Virus record (IMG/VR): IMGVR_UViG_3300042465_006864
Span: 69,832-133,831 of that record
Origin: a virus
Length of the DNA: 64,000 nucleotides
Reading direction: 5' to 3' (one strand)
This document shows positions 7,201-17,688 of this stretch, piece after piece. The notes under the pieces were generated by a model, which made no database searches, was not told the origin of the DNA, and saw only the letters and a program-made list of their open reading frames with translations. Position 1 is the first letter of the stretch. Every line of letters starts with the position of its first letter. The position numbers were made by a program, and so were the translations under genes.

Positions 7201-7890
7201 GTGGAATCTCCTAAAAAAAAGACATACGAAGAGTGCTATACTATTATAGACACTGTTGTTTCAAAATATCAAAGCAAGTGGAGGCTCAACGCCATAAACT
7301 GGTTTGACTTTGAAGATGTAGCGCAAATTGTTAAAACTCACATTTTTAAAAAGTGGCACTTGTGGGATCAAGAGCGACCATTGGAGCCTTGGGTTTCGAG
7401 AATCGCTTCTCACCAAATCAAAAATATAGTACGCAACAATTATACGAACTATGTTAAGCCTTGTATGTCTTGCCCCCACAATCTTGGAGACAATCTATGC
7501 TCTTTGACGAGATCAGGAGATCAAAACTCTTCTTGCACAATGTATGCAAAATGGGCTAAATCAAAGCGTCAAGGATATGGCGTAAAGATGCCGCTAGCAA
7601 TGGAAAACCATCAGCAAGAGATTGATTTATTTACTGATTCTGGTGTTGATTTTGATGCATCTATCGAAAGAATAAATGAAGTTCTAAAAAAAGAATTATC
7701 TGAAGAACATTATCAAGTGTATATGATGTTGTTCTTTGAAGATGCGTCAGAGGACGATGTAGCAAAGTATATGGGGTATAAAACTTCTGAAAAGAATCGT
7801 GCCGCTGGCTACAAGCAGATTAAAAATCTCAAAAAAATGCTGAAAGAAAAAGTGCAACAAATTATTGCCAAAAACGACATCATACTATGA
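7201..7890 (+). CDS. Phage sigma-70-family factor with Cys-rich insert
   Basis: Region 2-like FEDVAQ...WDQERPLEPWVSRIASHQIKN; C-terminal HTH SEDDVAKYMG; CMSC...C...C insert. Confidence 0.7.
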   Translation: MESPKKKTYEECYTIIDTVVSKYQSKWRLNAINWFDFEDVAQIVKTHIFKKWHLWDQERPLEPWVSRIASHQIKNIVRNNYTNYVKPCMSCPHNLGDNLCSLTRSGDQNSSCTMYAKWAKSKRQGYGVKMPLAMENHQQEIDLFTDSGVDFDASIERINEVLKKELSEEHYQVYMMLFFEDASEDDVAKYMGYKTSEKNRAAGYKQIKNLKKMLKEKVQQIIAKNDIIL

Positions 7891-8939
7891 GTTTAAACGA
7901 CGAACAAAAACAAAAAGTCCAAGATGCTTTTGGAAAGAATCCCGATTTGAATGAAATCGTCAAATACGTATTTGACAATCCACAACTCGACGGTCGTTCC
8001 AAAGAAGGACGCGAAGTAAGAAAGTATATGGTCGCAGCAGGTATGAAATTTAATACCGCTCGCCGCGAAAAAAAAGAAGATATTGTCTTCTCGCCGCAGC
8101 AAAAGCAATTCATTATTGATCAAGCGAACACTGGTTTGTCTTCGTTGGCTATTGCTGAACTACTTTTCCCAAAACAGGAAATCAAGCCGCTGTCTATGGA
8201 ACAGCGAGCTGTTTTCACATTGATGAGAGAAATCAATCCCGACTACAATCCTTCTCAAGACACAGACGCTGTGCTGTCAAGCTACGTGGCTCCGAAGGCG
8301 GCAGGTAGAGTTGTGAAAAAAATTAACGATGCGACTGGAAATGTATTCGAGGAAGAAAAGATTAATCGTCAGCACAGGATTTGTGTAGAAAAATTAACAA
8401 TTAACTTAAACAACTCTCGGTTCGTGAAAATCATGAACAATTACACATTGAAAGACGATAGAGAATTGTTCGAGCAAGAGTTTATTCGTTTAACTTGGGA
8501 CAAACCAGATTTAACATCAGACGAAATTAACCTCTACATGAACGTGTGTAAAGAAATCATTAATCTTGAGGTGATTAGTAAGCATTTGAATAAGCTGAAC
8601 GATATGTTCGACATTGCTAATGATCAAGAAGAAATGAGCGTTAGATTGGCGGAAATCATTAAAGCAAAAAGCGGTGAATATCATCAATGCGAAACACGTA
8701 TTGAAAATCTAACTAAAAAACTTCAAGGAGATAGATCTTCCAGAATGCAAAGTAAGCAGAAAGAAAATGCTTCTCTTTTGGCGTTGGTGCAATTCTTCCA
8801 AGACGAAGATGAGCGTAAGAACATGGTCAAAATCGCGGAAATGCAAAAACAATTAGTATCAGAAGAAGCGAATAGACTAGAAGGAATGGAAGAATGGAAA
8901 GCAAGAATTCTCGGAATATCAAAGTATGATGTCATTTAA
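7887..8939 (+). CDS. Hypothetical coiled-coil protein (possible terminase small subunit)
   Basis: 350-aa ORF overlapping both neighbours, upstream of TerL. Confidence 0.5.
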   Translation: MSLNDEQKQKVQDAFGKNPDLNEIVKYVFDNPQLDGRSKEGREVRKYMVAAGMKFNTARREKKEDIVFSPQQKQFIIDQANTGLSSLAIAELLFPKQEIKPLSMEQRAVFTLMREINPDYNPSQDTDAVLSSYVAPKAAGRVVKKINDATGNVFEEEKINRQHRICVEKLTINLNNSRFVKIMNNYTLKDDRELFEQEFIRLTWDKPDLTSDEINLYMNVCKEIINLEVISKHLNKLNDMFDIANDQEEMSVRLAEIIKAKSGEYHQCETRIENLTKKLQGDRSSRMQSKQKENASLLALVQFFQDEDERKNMVKIAEMQKQLVSEEANRLEGMEEWKARILGISKYDVI

Positions 8940-9861
8940 TTGTAAAGAGTGCAATGAGTCATTTGATTCATTAAAAAGCCTACACCATCATTTCAAGAAA
9001 CACGATATGATGTTGGGCGATTATTACGTCAAGCACTATCCACGCTTCAATAAGCTAACGAATGTTCCTATTCAGTTCAAAACGTATGAGGATTACATGG
9101 AGAGAGATTTCGCCACATACGATCAATTAGTCGAGTGGTGTGATACAGCGAATCAGGAAGAAGTTGGGGCATATATTCTTTCATTGCTTAAAAAACGCAT
9201 AGAAAAAAAGGGCTTGGATTATGGTCCATGCTCGACTGAATTGTTCACATCAGACTTGCCGCCAATTAGAGTATACAAACGTATCTTCGGTAGCTATAAA
9301 AAGGTATGTGATGAATGTGGCGTTAAACCAATGTTTGGATCGAACTTACCGCAAGAATTCCACAACGATTACAGAGACGTAAAGATTTTGATTGATACGA
9401 GAGAACAGCAACCGCTCAAGTTCCGTTACTCTGCGCCATTAAAGCTCGATGTTGGAGACTATGCTGTTACATCAGAGAACTTTAAGTATACGTATGCGGA
9501 TAGAAAATCGTTTTCTGATTTTTGTAGTACTTTGTCAGCAGAGTATAAGAGATTCGTCAGAGAGCTGCAACGCTGTAGGCAATCGGAATGTTTCTTATTC
9601 ATTGTGATTGAAAGCGATTTGTATAAGATGCGCGAAATCAACAAGTATGCCCCCAAAAGATCTAATCTCGACTATATCTTCCATAACATGAAAGAACTGC
9701 AAAGAGATTTTCGAGACTGTTGCCAATTTGTTTTCGCAAAGAATAGAAGCAGCAGTCAAATACTAATACCAAAGCTACTGATGCTTGGTCCAAAAATCTG
9801 GAACGTAGATGTTCAATACTTTTTGGATGCTGGAGAAATGAATTACTTTGAAATTAAATAA
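8926..9861 (+). CDS. C2H2 zinc finger plus ERCC4/XPF-type nuclease
   Basis: CKEC...HFKKH; ILIDTREQ, LDVGDY, DRKSFSDF. Confidence 0.8.
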   Translation: MMSFNCKECNESFDSLKSLHHHFKKHDMMLGDYYVKHYPRFNKLTNVPIQFKTYEDYMERDFATYDQLVEWCDTANQEEVGAYILSLLKKRIEKKGLDYGPCSTELFTSDLPPIRVYKRIFGSYKKVCDECGVKPMFGSNLPQEFHNDYRDVKILIDTREQQPLKFRYSAPLKLDVGDYAVTSENFKYTYADRKSFSDFCSTLSAEYKRFVRELQRCRQSECFLFIVIESDLYKMREINKYAPKRSNLDYIFHNMKELQRDFRDCCQFVFAKNRSSSQILIPKLLMLGPKIWNVDVQYFLDAGEMNYFEIK

Positions 9862-9863
9862 AT

Positions 9864-11723
9864 ATGGCGTGGGAAAAAGGACATCAAATCTTACATAAGA
9901 AATTTGAAAATGTAAACCAAGAAATCTTGGACACAGAAGGCTTCATTGAAGAAGAAAAGGCTAAAGTTCTTTTGTACAAGTTCTTGCGCGAGAATCCATC
10001 TTTTACTTCTGAGCTTATTTCAGGAATTTCATTGTTTCCATTCCAACACATGGCTATTAAGGCGATGATGGAGACAGATTACTTTTTGGGAATCTGGAGT
10101 CGCGGTCTTTCCAAATCATTCACCACTGGTATTTTCGCGGCTATGGATGCTATCTTAAATCAAGGTGTTTATATTGGCATTATATCAAAGTCTTTCCGTC
10201 AAAGTCGAATGATCTTTAACAAGATCGAAGAAATTGCCAAGAGTCCAAAAGCTGCGTATCTATCACAATGCATCACAAGAGTAAGTAAATCCAATGACCA
10301 ATGGGTTATGGAAATCGGGCGCAGTAAAATCATCGCTCTTCCTCTTGGAGATGGTGAGAAACTAAGGGGTTTCCGTTTCCAACGAATGATTATTGACGAG
10401 CTTCTTTTGATGCCCGAAAAAATCATTAACGAAGTTATTCTTCCGTTCTTGGCGGTTGTGGAAAATCCTACAGAGCGTCAAAAGATCTACGATCTTGAAA
10501 CAAAAATGATTGAGGCGGGGAAAATGACAGAAGAAGATCGTCACAGATGGTCTCATAACAAGATTATTGGACTATCTTCCGCTTCATACAAATTCGAATA
10601 CTTGTATAAGCTTTATCAGCAATACGAAAACCTTATTCTCAATCCTTCTAATAAAGATAATGCTCATCGAGTGATTATGCATTTGAGCTACGACTGCGCC
10701 CCGAAACAACTTTACGATCAAAACCTTTTGGATCAGTCTAAAGCCACCATGAGCGAAGCTCAGTTTGAAAGAGAGTTTGGCTCGATCTTCACAGACGATA
10801 GCTCTGGTTACTTTAAGGTTAGCAAAATGGCAGCTTGTACAGTTCCTGATGGCGAAGGACAGTCGGTAGAGGTCGTTGGTGATAAAAATAGCGAATACAT
10901 ACTATCATTTGACCCATCTTGGTCAGAGAGCGAAGGTTCTGATGACTTTGCTATGCATGTAATTAAACTCAATGCTGATAAACGATTCGGGACAATAGTT
11001 CACTCGTATGCTTTGGCTGGTGCAAACTTGAAAAAGCACATTGTATACTTTCACTATCTTTATACGCATTTCAATATACGAATGATTGTGGGTGACTATA
11101 ACGGCGGCGTTCAGTTTATTAATTCGTGCAATGAAAGTGAAATCTTTAAAAAGGCGGGGATTCAAATCCAATGCATTGATTCAGATTTTGATGATCCACA
11201 AAACTACAATGCCGATTTGCGCAGTGCTAGAAATCAATACAATGTAGAATCAAAGAAAATATGCATACTTAGAAAGCCTAGCTCATCATGGATTCGTTCG
11301 GCAAATGAGATGCTTCAAGCTGCTTTTGATCATAAGAAGATTTGGTTTGCTGGTACAGCTTTAGATGACGATTATTCGCGGCAAAAGTCAGCAGTGATTC
11401 CTATTGATGAGATTGCATTCTCACGATTCAACGATGAAGGCGACTCATATGCAAAACAAATAGATTTAATTGAGCATTTGAAAGATACAATTGATGCTAC
11501 TAAAGTTCAATGCGCATTGATTCAAGTATCTACGACAGCGAACGGTTCTCAATCATTTGATTTGCCATACAACCTCAAGAAGCAGCGAAACGCTGATAAA
11601 GCAAGAAAAGACTCTTACTCTGCTCTAGTGCTTGGTAACTGGCTTATGAACATTTATTTCGATATGATGGCGACTCCAGAGGCAGCTGCACAGACTACAT
11701 TTGTTCCAATGTTTGTTGATTAA
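9864..11723 (+). CDS. terL: Terminase large subunit
   Basis: LFPFQ, WSRGLSKS Walker A, LRGFRFQRMIIDE Walker B, LSSAS, FEREF, SFDP nuclease, KDSYSAL. Confidence 0.9.
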   Translation: MAWEKGHQILHKKFENVNQEILDTEGFIEEEKAKVLLYKFLRENPSFTSELISGISLFPFQHMAIKAMMETDYFLGIWSRGLSKSFTTGIFAAMDAILNQGVYIGIISKSFRQSRMIFNKIEEIAKSPKAAYLSQCITRVSKSNDQWVMEIGRSKIIALPLGDGEKLRGFRFQRMIIDELLLMPEKIINEVILPFLAVVENPTERQKIYDLETKMIEAGKMTEEDRHRWSHNKIIGLSSASYKFEYLYKLYQQYENLILNPSNKDNAHRVIMHLSYDCAPKQLYDQNLLDQSKATMSEAQFEREFGSIFTDDSSGYFKVSKMAACTVPDGEGQSVEVVGDKNSEYILSFDPSWSESEGSDDFAMHVIKLNADKRFGTIVHSYALAGANLKKHIVYFHYLYTHFNIRMIVGDYNGGVQFINSCNESEIFKKAGIQIQCIDSDFDDPQNYNADLRSARNQYNVESKKICILRKPSSSWIRSANEMLQAAFDHKKIWFAGTALDDDYSRQKSAVIPIDEIAFSRFNDEGDSYAKQIDLIEHLKDTIDATKVQCALIQVSTTANGSQSFDLPYNLKKQRNADKARKDSYSALVLGNWLMNIYFDMMATPEAAAQTTFVPMFVD

Positions 11724-11766
11724 CTTTTAAAGTTAACTTTTAGACTTTTTTGTGTAATATAGAGTA

Positions 11767-13761
11767 ATGGATAAGCGACATTACAACAAAAAATCTGACT
11801 ACTGGAAAAAATTCGAAAAATCGCAAATTAAAATCATGGCAAATGCTCATGAAGACTATGAGCCAGAACTATGTGGCGAACCGTTTTATGTTGCAGAGGC
11901 ATCACTGAATACTTCTTTTGCAAACGATGACTATAGTCGCGTAGATAGTTCTTCTCGTAGCGGTAGCCGCAGGAATAGAGCTGCAACCTCAAGAACTCAT
12001 GATCGCTTTAGTAGCATCCGTAATGGGCTTTTGCCTTATAGCTATGCTATGGATGGTGTCAATGTTCGCGAGGCAATCGAACTGTGCCAAAAAGCTTACG
12101 CCAATGTCGCTGTATTCAGAAACTCTATCGACATCATGTCTGAGTTTTCCAATACTGAACTGTATCTTGATGGCGGATCGCAAAAGAGTCGCGATTTCTT
12201 TAATCAGTGGTTTAAGAAGATCAAATTGTGGCACTTGAAAGATCAATTCTTCAGAGAATTCTATCGCAGTGGCAACATTTTCTTTTATCGCGTGGATGGA
12301 ACGATCCAAACTAAAGACTTTACCAAGTTGATACAACAAATCGCGGAAGAACAGCCGACTTCCAGTAAAGTTCCCGTTAGATATATTTTGCTTAACCCGT
12401 TTGACATTGTTGCAAAACGTGGATCGAGCTTTGAGACAGGATCATATGAAAAAATTCTTTCTGAATATGAACTAGCTCGTTTGCAAAATCCAGTTTCTGA
12501 CGAAGACAAGGAAACTCTTAATGGTTTACCCGATGATGTAAGACAAGATATTCAAAAAGGCGCTTATTACCAAAATGGATTGAAAATCAAACTCGATCCA
12601 AGCAAAATCATTTTCGTTTTCTACAAAAAACAAGACTACGAACCATTTGCAATTCCATTTGGCTATCCAGTCTTGGAAGATATTAATGCTAAGCTTGAAT
12701 TGAAGAAAATGGATCAAGCAATTACTCGCACTGTTGAGAATGTCATTCTATTGATTACAATGGGAGCTGAGCCAGAAAAAGGCGGCATCAATCAAAACAA
12801 CTTGATGGCTATGCAAAAACTATTCAAGAACGAAAGCGTTGGTCGAGTTCTTGTTTCTGACTATACCACAAAAGCTGACTTCGTTATTCCTGATTTGAAC
12901 AAGGTTCTTGGTCCAGAAAAGTATAAAGTTCTCAATGAAGACATTAAACAAGGACTTCAAAACATTATTGTCGGAGAAGAGAAGTATAGCTCTACAGAAG
13001 TTAAAGCAGAAATCTTTTTGGATAGACTTAAAGAAGCTAGAAATGCGTTCTTGAATGATTTCTTGCAGCCCGAAATTAAAAGAATCGCCAAAACTCTTGG
13101 TTTGAAAAAATATCCTACTGCTAAGTTTAGAGACATTGACATTAGAGACAAGACGCAGCTTATGCGCGTAACTACTCGATTGATGGAGCTTGGTATTATC
13201 ACTCCGCAACAAGGTATTGACATGTTCCATACTGGCGAGTTTCCAAAATCAGAAGATATTGCGCCATCTCAGCCAGAATTTGTTTCGCAGCGCAAAGAAG
13301 GTTACTACAATCCAATCGTCGGCGGCATTCCAACAATCTCGCCGCCAGCGCCGAAAGTTCCTAAAGATTCTGGACCGATTAATGCGACTCCAAAAGTTGC
13401 TGGTCGCCCAGAAGGAACAACTGGCATTCCATTGGCAAAAGCCAAATTATCAGTAAAGAATATTCGCGGCGTTGTAACAAAAATAGAATCTCTTCGTGCA
13501 TCTATCGAAAGCGAATTGAAAGCATCGTTATCGCTGGAAACATTATCTGATAATCAACAGGAAATGGTGAATAAGCTGTGTGAAACCGTTGTTGTTTCAA
13601 GCGATTTAGAAAGTTGGGATGAAGTAGCATCTTCATGTGTAAAGGATTTTGAGACTATCGCTTCTTTATCTACTCTCCCAGAAGTATTAGAAGCAGCAGC
13701 AGAATTCGAAATTGATGATGATTATTCTGCGGCATTATTATACCATTCACAAACAAAATAA
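11767..13761 (+). CDS. Portal protein
   Basis: Follows TerL; FRNSIDIMSEF, EFYRSGNIF, AIPFGYP. Confidence 0.8.
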   Translation: MDKRHYNKKSDYWKKFEKSQIKIMANAHEDYEPELCGEPFYVAEASLNTSFANDDYSRVDSSSRSGSRRNRAATSRTHDRFSSIRNGLLPYSYAMDGVNVREAIELCQKAYANVAVFRNSIDIMSEFSNTELYLDGGSQKSRDFFNQWFKKIKLWHLKDQFFREFYRSGNIFFYRVDGTIQTKDFTKLIQQIAEEQPTSSKVPVRYILLNPFDIVAKRGSSFETGSYEKILSEYELARLQNPVSDEDKETLNGLPDDVRQDIQKGAYYQNGLKIKLDPSKIIFVFYKKQDYEPFAIPFGYPVLEDINAKLELKKMDQAITRTVENVILLITMGAEPEKGGINQNNLMAMQKLFKNESVGRVLVSDYTTKADFVIPDLNKVLGPEKYKVLNEDIKQGLQNIIVGEEKYSSTEVKAEIFLDRLKEARNAFLNDFLQPEIKRIAKTLGLKKYPTAKFRDIDIRDKTQLMRVTTRLMELGIITPQQGIDMFHTGEFPKSEDIAPSQPEFVSQRKEGYYNPIVGGIPTISPPAPKVPKDSGPINATPKVAGRPEGTTGIPLAKAKLSVKNIRGVVTKIESLRASIESELKASLSLETLSDNQQEMVNKLCETVVVSSDLESWDEVASSCVKDFETIASLSTLPEVLEAAAEFEIDDDYSAALLYHSQTK

Positions 13762-14160
13762 ATGAAAATTAATCCCGAAGATATTAAAGTACCACTCGAA
13801 AAAGTAGTGGAAGTTAAAAACAGAGAAGTTCAAGTGTCCCTTGCTAAAATGGATAACGGCAAAGCCGCAATCTATAAAACATTCATGAGCGCATGTGCAT
13901 CAGACGATAAAGCTTTAGTTGATACCACAGATATGGATGACGAATCAACCATGAAAGCTTGTATGGTGCAATTTGACAATATGAAAGCAATGCTTATGGA
14001 AAAAAGTAATTCTGGAGAATTGACACCAGCGCAAAAAAAACTTCCACCAGCTCTTCAAAAAGCCATCCTCAAAAAGATGGATAAGCCATCTGATCCCGCT
14101 TCTCACGAAAACAAAGAAACTGACGAAGAGGAAGAAATGGAAGAGGGCGAAGACGATTAA
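13762..14160 (+). CDS. Hypothetical head-module protein
   Basis: LTPAQKKLPPALQKAILKK motif, acidic tail. Confidence 0.6.
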   Translation: MKINPEDIKVPLEKVVEVKNREVQVSLAKMDNGKAAIYKTFMSACASDDKALVDTTDMDDESTMKACMVQFDNMKAMLMEKSNSGELTPAQKKLPPALQKAILKKMDKPSDPASHENKETDEEEEMEEGEDD

Positions 14161-14168
14161 TTTTAAAT

Positions 14169-15734
14169 ATGAAAAAAAATTATCTATACACAGCTTCTTT
14201 TGATTCGCCGATTCTTGCTTATGCGCGAGAAGAGGAGTCGTTTATATCTAAAGCTTCATTGAAAAACTTGCGATCCTTGTTGCCGCAGGATATTGACTTC
14301 TCGCAGAATATTGACCTGCTTGGAGTAGCTTTTAATGCGGCAGTAGTTAATCAATTCAACAAGAATGATGATGGTATTGACTCAGCTTTGGCGGCACAAG
14401 TAGTTCAAAACTTTAAGCATAAACCTACTAATATCGAACACAATAAAGAAAACATTGTCGGACATATTATCAACGCTGGATTTAGCGAATATAATAATTC
14501 CAATAAAATGATTTCAGCAGAAGAAGCTCGCGATATGAAAGATCCTTTCAATATTGCATTGGGCGCTGTTGTTTATAAACATGTAAATAAAGACTTTGTA
14601 AAATTGATTGAAAGATCGGTTGACGAATTTGATACACTTCACGAAGCAGTTTCTGCTAGCTGGGAAATTGGCTTTAGCGAATATGACATTTTGGTCGGCA
14701 GCAAAAACATGAAAGATGCTGAGCGTATTGATCCAAAACACTTCAACGAAATTAAACCGATGCTCAAAGCATACGGTGGCAATGGAGCAATGAAAGATGG
14801 AACTAAAGTTTATCGACTTCTTAAAGGAGAAATCTTCCCACTTGGTATCGGCTTTACTACTAAGCCAGCCGCCGATGTAAAAGGTTTGTATTCTGAAAAT
14901 GCAACTACCAATAATATCACCTTCAAAGACAAAAGAGATGCAAAAGCCTATTTTGATATTAAAAATAACATTTTTTCTAAAAAAAATACCGCTTTTATTT
15001 CCCATTTAGATAATGGTGATGTAAAAAACAAAAAAGAAACTAATATGGATATTGAACAAATTCTTGCCGAACTGAAAGGTCTCCTTGTTGAGAAGAAATT
15101 CTCCGAAGAGGCAGTTGCTAATATGACGCAGACCTTCGCTGAAGCGATTAAAAAGAAAGACGCAGAATATCGCGATTCTATGACCAAAGCCGAAAAAGAA
15201 AAAGAAGACATGGCTAAGGAAAAAGAAGAAATGAAAGATTCTGTTAAAAAAGTTGAAGCTGAACTCAAAGCTGCTGTTGAAAAAATTCAAGAGTTTGAAA
15301 ACTTCCAAAAACAAGAAGAAGCTGTTGCTCGTTTCAATTCCCGTATGGAAGTGATCGACCAAGGTTATGAGCTTGACGACGAAGATCGCAAAGTTTTGGC
15401 TTCTGATCTTAAAGAACTTGCTGCTACCGAAGAAGCTTTTGCTTCTTATCAAGAAAAGCTTGCCGTTATGTGGAAACACAAAAACAAAGAAGCTAAAGCA
15501 GCTTTCGAAAAACAAATTCAAGCTCGTATTGACGAAGAAGTCGCTAAGAAAATTTCCGTTTCGAATGCTTCTGAAAACAAAACCGCAGAAGAACTGGCTC
15601 AAGAAGCTCTTGACAATGCTAAAGCTTCTGAAACCACTCTTCCAAACAACAACGAAGCTCAATCGCAACAACCCGTCTCTTTCAAAGAAAAATTTGCTAA
15701 TGCATTTAGCAGAGAAAACATTGTAATCTCCTAA
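14169..15734 (+). CDS. Prohead protease fused to coiled-coil scaffold
   Basis: NKNDDG, PTNIEH...IVGHI, SASWEIGF, GFTTKPA; K/E-rich helical C-terminal half. Confidence 0.75.
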   Translation: MKKNYLYTASFDSPILAYAREEESFISKASLKNLRSLLPQDIDFSQNIDLLGVAFNAAVVNQFNKNDDGIDSALAAQVVQNFKHKPTNIEHNKENIVGHIINAGFSEYNNSNKMISAEEARDMKDPFNIALGAVVYKHVNKDFVKLIERSVDEFDTLHEAVSASWEIGFSEYDILVGSKNMKDAERIDPKHFNEIKPMLKAYGGNGAMKDGTKVYRLLKGEIFPLGIGFTTKPAADVKGLYSENATTNNITFKDKRDAKAYFDIKNNIFSKKNTAFISHLDNGDVKNKKETNMDIEQILAELKGLLVEKKFSEEAVANMTQTFAEAIKKKDAEYRDSMTKAEKEKEDMAKEKEEMKDSVKKVEAELKAAVEKIQEFENFQKQEEAVARFNSRMEVIDQGYELDDEDRKVLASDLKELAATEEAFASYQEKLAVMWKHKNKEAKAAFEKQIQARIDEEVAKKISVSNASENKTAEELAQEALDNAKASETTLPNNNEAQSQQPVSFKEKFANAFSRENIVIS

Positions 15735-15766
15735 TTTAAACAAAAACAATCTAATAAACAAAATAT

Positions 15767-16402
15767 ATGGCACTTAGAACACTACCATTCAGACAGTATA
15801 ACGAAACTGATGTTATCAACATGTTCGCTATGGGTACTGGATTCATTAATGAATCCGTTACCGACAGCGGCAATGGCGATGCTGGCGTTTTCGTTACCGT
15901 GGAATCTGGCAACCTCAATCTCGATACTATCGTGTATGACAGCGCTTACGACTCCTATCTCGGCAAAACCAATTACCCACACGTTGGAGTTAACCAATAT
16001 CCTCGCGTTTCCCTCTCGCTGAAACCTGCGACTTCTGGCGATGCTCTTGTTGGTATCACTCTCCGTCAAACTGCAAAGACTGACGAAAACGGTGAGAAAC
16101 TTCTCTACTACCCACAAAAAGCTGAAGAGCTGATGTGTATGCTTCCTGGTCAAGCAGTTCCTGTTGCTAGCCGTGGTGTATTCACCCTCGCTGCTTCTGC
16201 TTTCGCTGGCTCTGTTCCAGCAATTGGCTCTGGCTTCAAACTTCCTAGCGGTGTCAGCGGTAAAGTTACTGGCTGCACTAACAGTGATGCCCAGAAAGTC
16301 GGCACGGTTTTGGCTACTGGCTCGCGCACAGCTAGCGTTTCAACCGCAAACCTTTCAGATCCTTTGACTGGCTCGTATGCCATCGTTTTCTTGGGTCTCT
16401 AA
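15767..16402 (+). CDS. Capsid decoration/minor head protein
   Basis: Lies between protease and MCP; highly expressed codon bias. Confidence 0.6.
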   Translation: MALRTLPFRQYNETDVINMFAMGTGFINESVTDSGNGDAGVFVTVESGNLNLDTIVYDSAYDSYLGKTNYPHVGVNQYPRVSLSLKPATSGDALVGITLRQTAKTDENGEKLLYYPQKAEELMCMLPGQAVPVASRGVFTLAASAFAGSVPAIGSGFKLPSGVSGKVTGCTNSDAQKVGTVLATGSRTASVSTANLSDPLTGSYAIVFLGL

Positions 16403-16425
16403 TTTTAACTTAGAAAAATAATCAC

Positions 16426-17568
16426 ATGAAAATTACCCTTAAAAGAACTCCTGAACAAATCGAGCTTGTGAAAGCTATGGCTTCGAAAAATCGCGCTATC
16501 GCGACCGAAGCTCAAGTTGCACTCGCTGAGTTCATTGGTCCTGTGTTGGCTGAAGTGATCAACAACGCTCCTACGTTGAGCAACTTGTTCACCACTCTGC
16601 AATTCAATGCCGATGACAATCCTAGCATTCCGCTTGACCTCTATTATGATGTTAACGCTGAAGACTATATCGAAGTTTACAGCCAAAGCGCTGCTGGCGG
16701 TCTTCCTCAGAACCAAGTACTTCCTACTGTTTCTGAAATGAAGATCCACACCTACACTCTTGACTCTGCATTGAGCTTTGATAAGCGCTATGCTGCTAAG
16801 AGCCGCTTGGATGTAATCAGCAAAACCTTCACTCGCCTCGCTCAAGAAATTCTTCTGAAGCAAGAGAAGACTTCGGCAAACCTATTGCTTGGCGCTCTCG
16901 CCAACGCTCAAACCAACGGCAAGAAACACGTTCAACGTGCCAACACTAACGGTCGTTTCCTCTTGGCTGACTTGAACGAACTGTTCACTCTTGCTAAGCG
17001 TATCAACACCTCTTGGCTTGGTGGCACTCCAGATGCTCGTCAAGGTCGTGGTCTTACAGACATCATCGTGTCTCCTGAAGTTGTTCAAGAGCTTCGCGCT
17101 ATGGCTTACAATCCTATCAATACCAAAGGTTCACCTGCTGGTGGCACTCCTACTGATGGTATCGCTGCTCCTGATGACATGAGAACTGCTATCTATAACT
17201 CCGCAGGTATTCCTGAGTTTTATGGTGTAGCCATCATGGAAATCAATGAGCTTGGTCGTGGTCAACGCTTCAACAGCATCTTCGACACCGTTGCTGGTTC
17301 GACTGCCTTCACTAACGCTGCTGGAGGCAACTCCGCTGCATTTGATGGCGCTGCTGAAGAGATCATCATTGGTCTTGATCGTGGTCGTGAGTCTCTGATC
17401 CGTGCTGTTGCTGTGGATTCGGAAAATGGTTCGGAGTTCTCTCTGACTGCCGATGACCAATACAGCGTTCGTCAGAAGAAAATCGGCTACTTCGGCTCGA
17501 TGGAAGAAGGTCGCATGGTGCTTGACACCCGCGCTCTGGTTGGCAAGATCGTTTCGGGTCTCGCCTAA
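16426..17568 (+). CDS. Major capsid protein
   Basis: Position, 380 aa, strong codon bias, strong terminator downstream. Confidence 0.8.
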   Translation: MKITLKRTPEQIELVKAMASKNRAIATEAQVALAEFIGPVLAEVINNAPTLSNLFTTLQFNADDNPSIPLDLYYDVNAEDYIEVYSQSAAGGLPQNQVLPTVSEMKIHTYTLDSALSFDKRYAAKSRLDVISKTFTRLAQEILLKQEKTSANLLLGALANAQTNGKKHVQRANTNGRFLLADLNELFTLAKRINTSWLGGTPDARQGRGLTDIIVSPEVVQELRAMAYNPINTKGSPAGGTPTDGIAAPDDMRTAIYNSAGIPEFYGVAIMEINELGRGQRFNSIFDTVAGSTAFTNAAGGNSAAFDGAAEEIIIGLDRGRESLIRAVAVDSENGSEFSLTADDQYSVRQKKIGYFGSMEEGRMVLDTRALVGKIVSGLA

Positions 17569-17577
17569 TAGATTCAG

Positions 17578-17654
17578 GCTGGGGGGTTCGCCTCCCAGCT
17601 TTCAAAAAACCCACCACGCCTCTCAACGATGCGAACCAGGGTGGGTATTTTTTT
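17578..17654 (+). terminator. Double hairpin terminator after MCP
   Basis: GCTGGGGGG-TTCG-CCTCCCAGC-TTT, then ACCCACC...GGTGGGT-ATTTTTTT. Confidence 0.75.
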
Positions 17655-17688
17655 GCTTAAATTTAATATTTAAATGTTACCATAAAGT

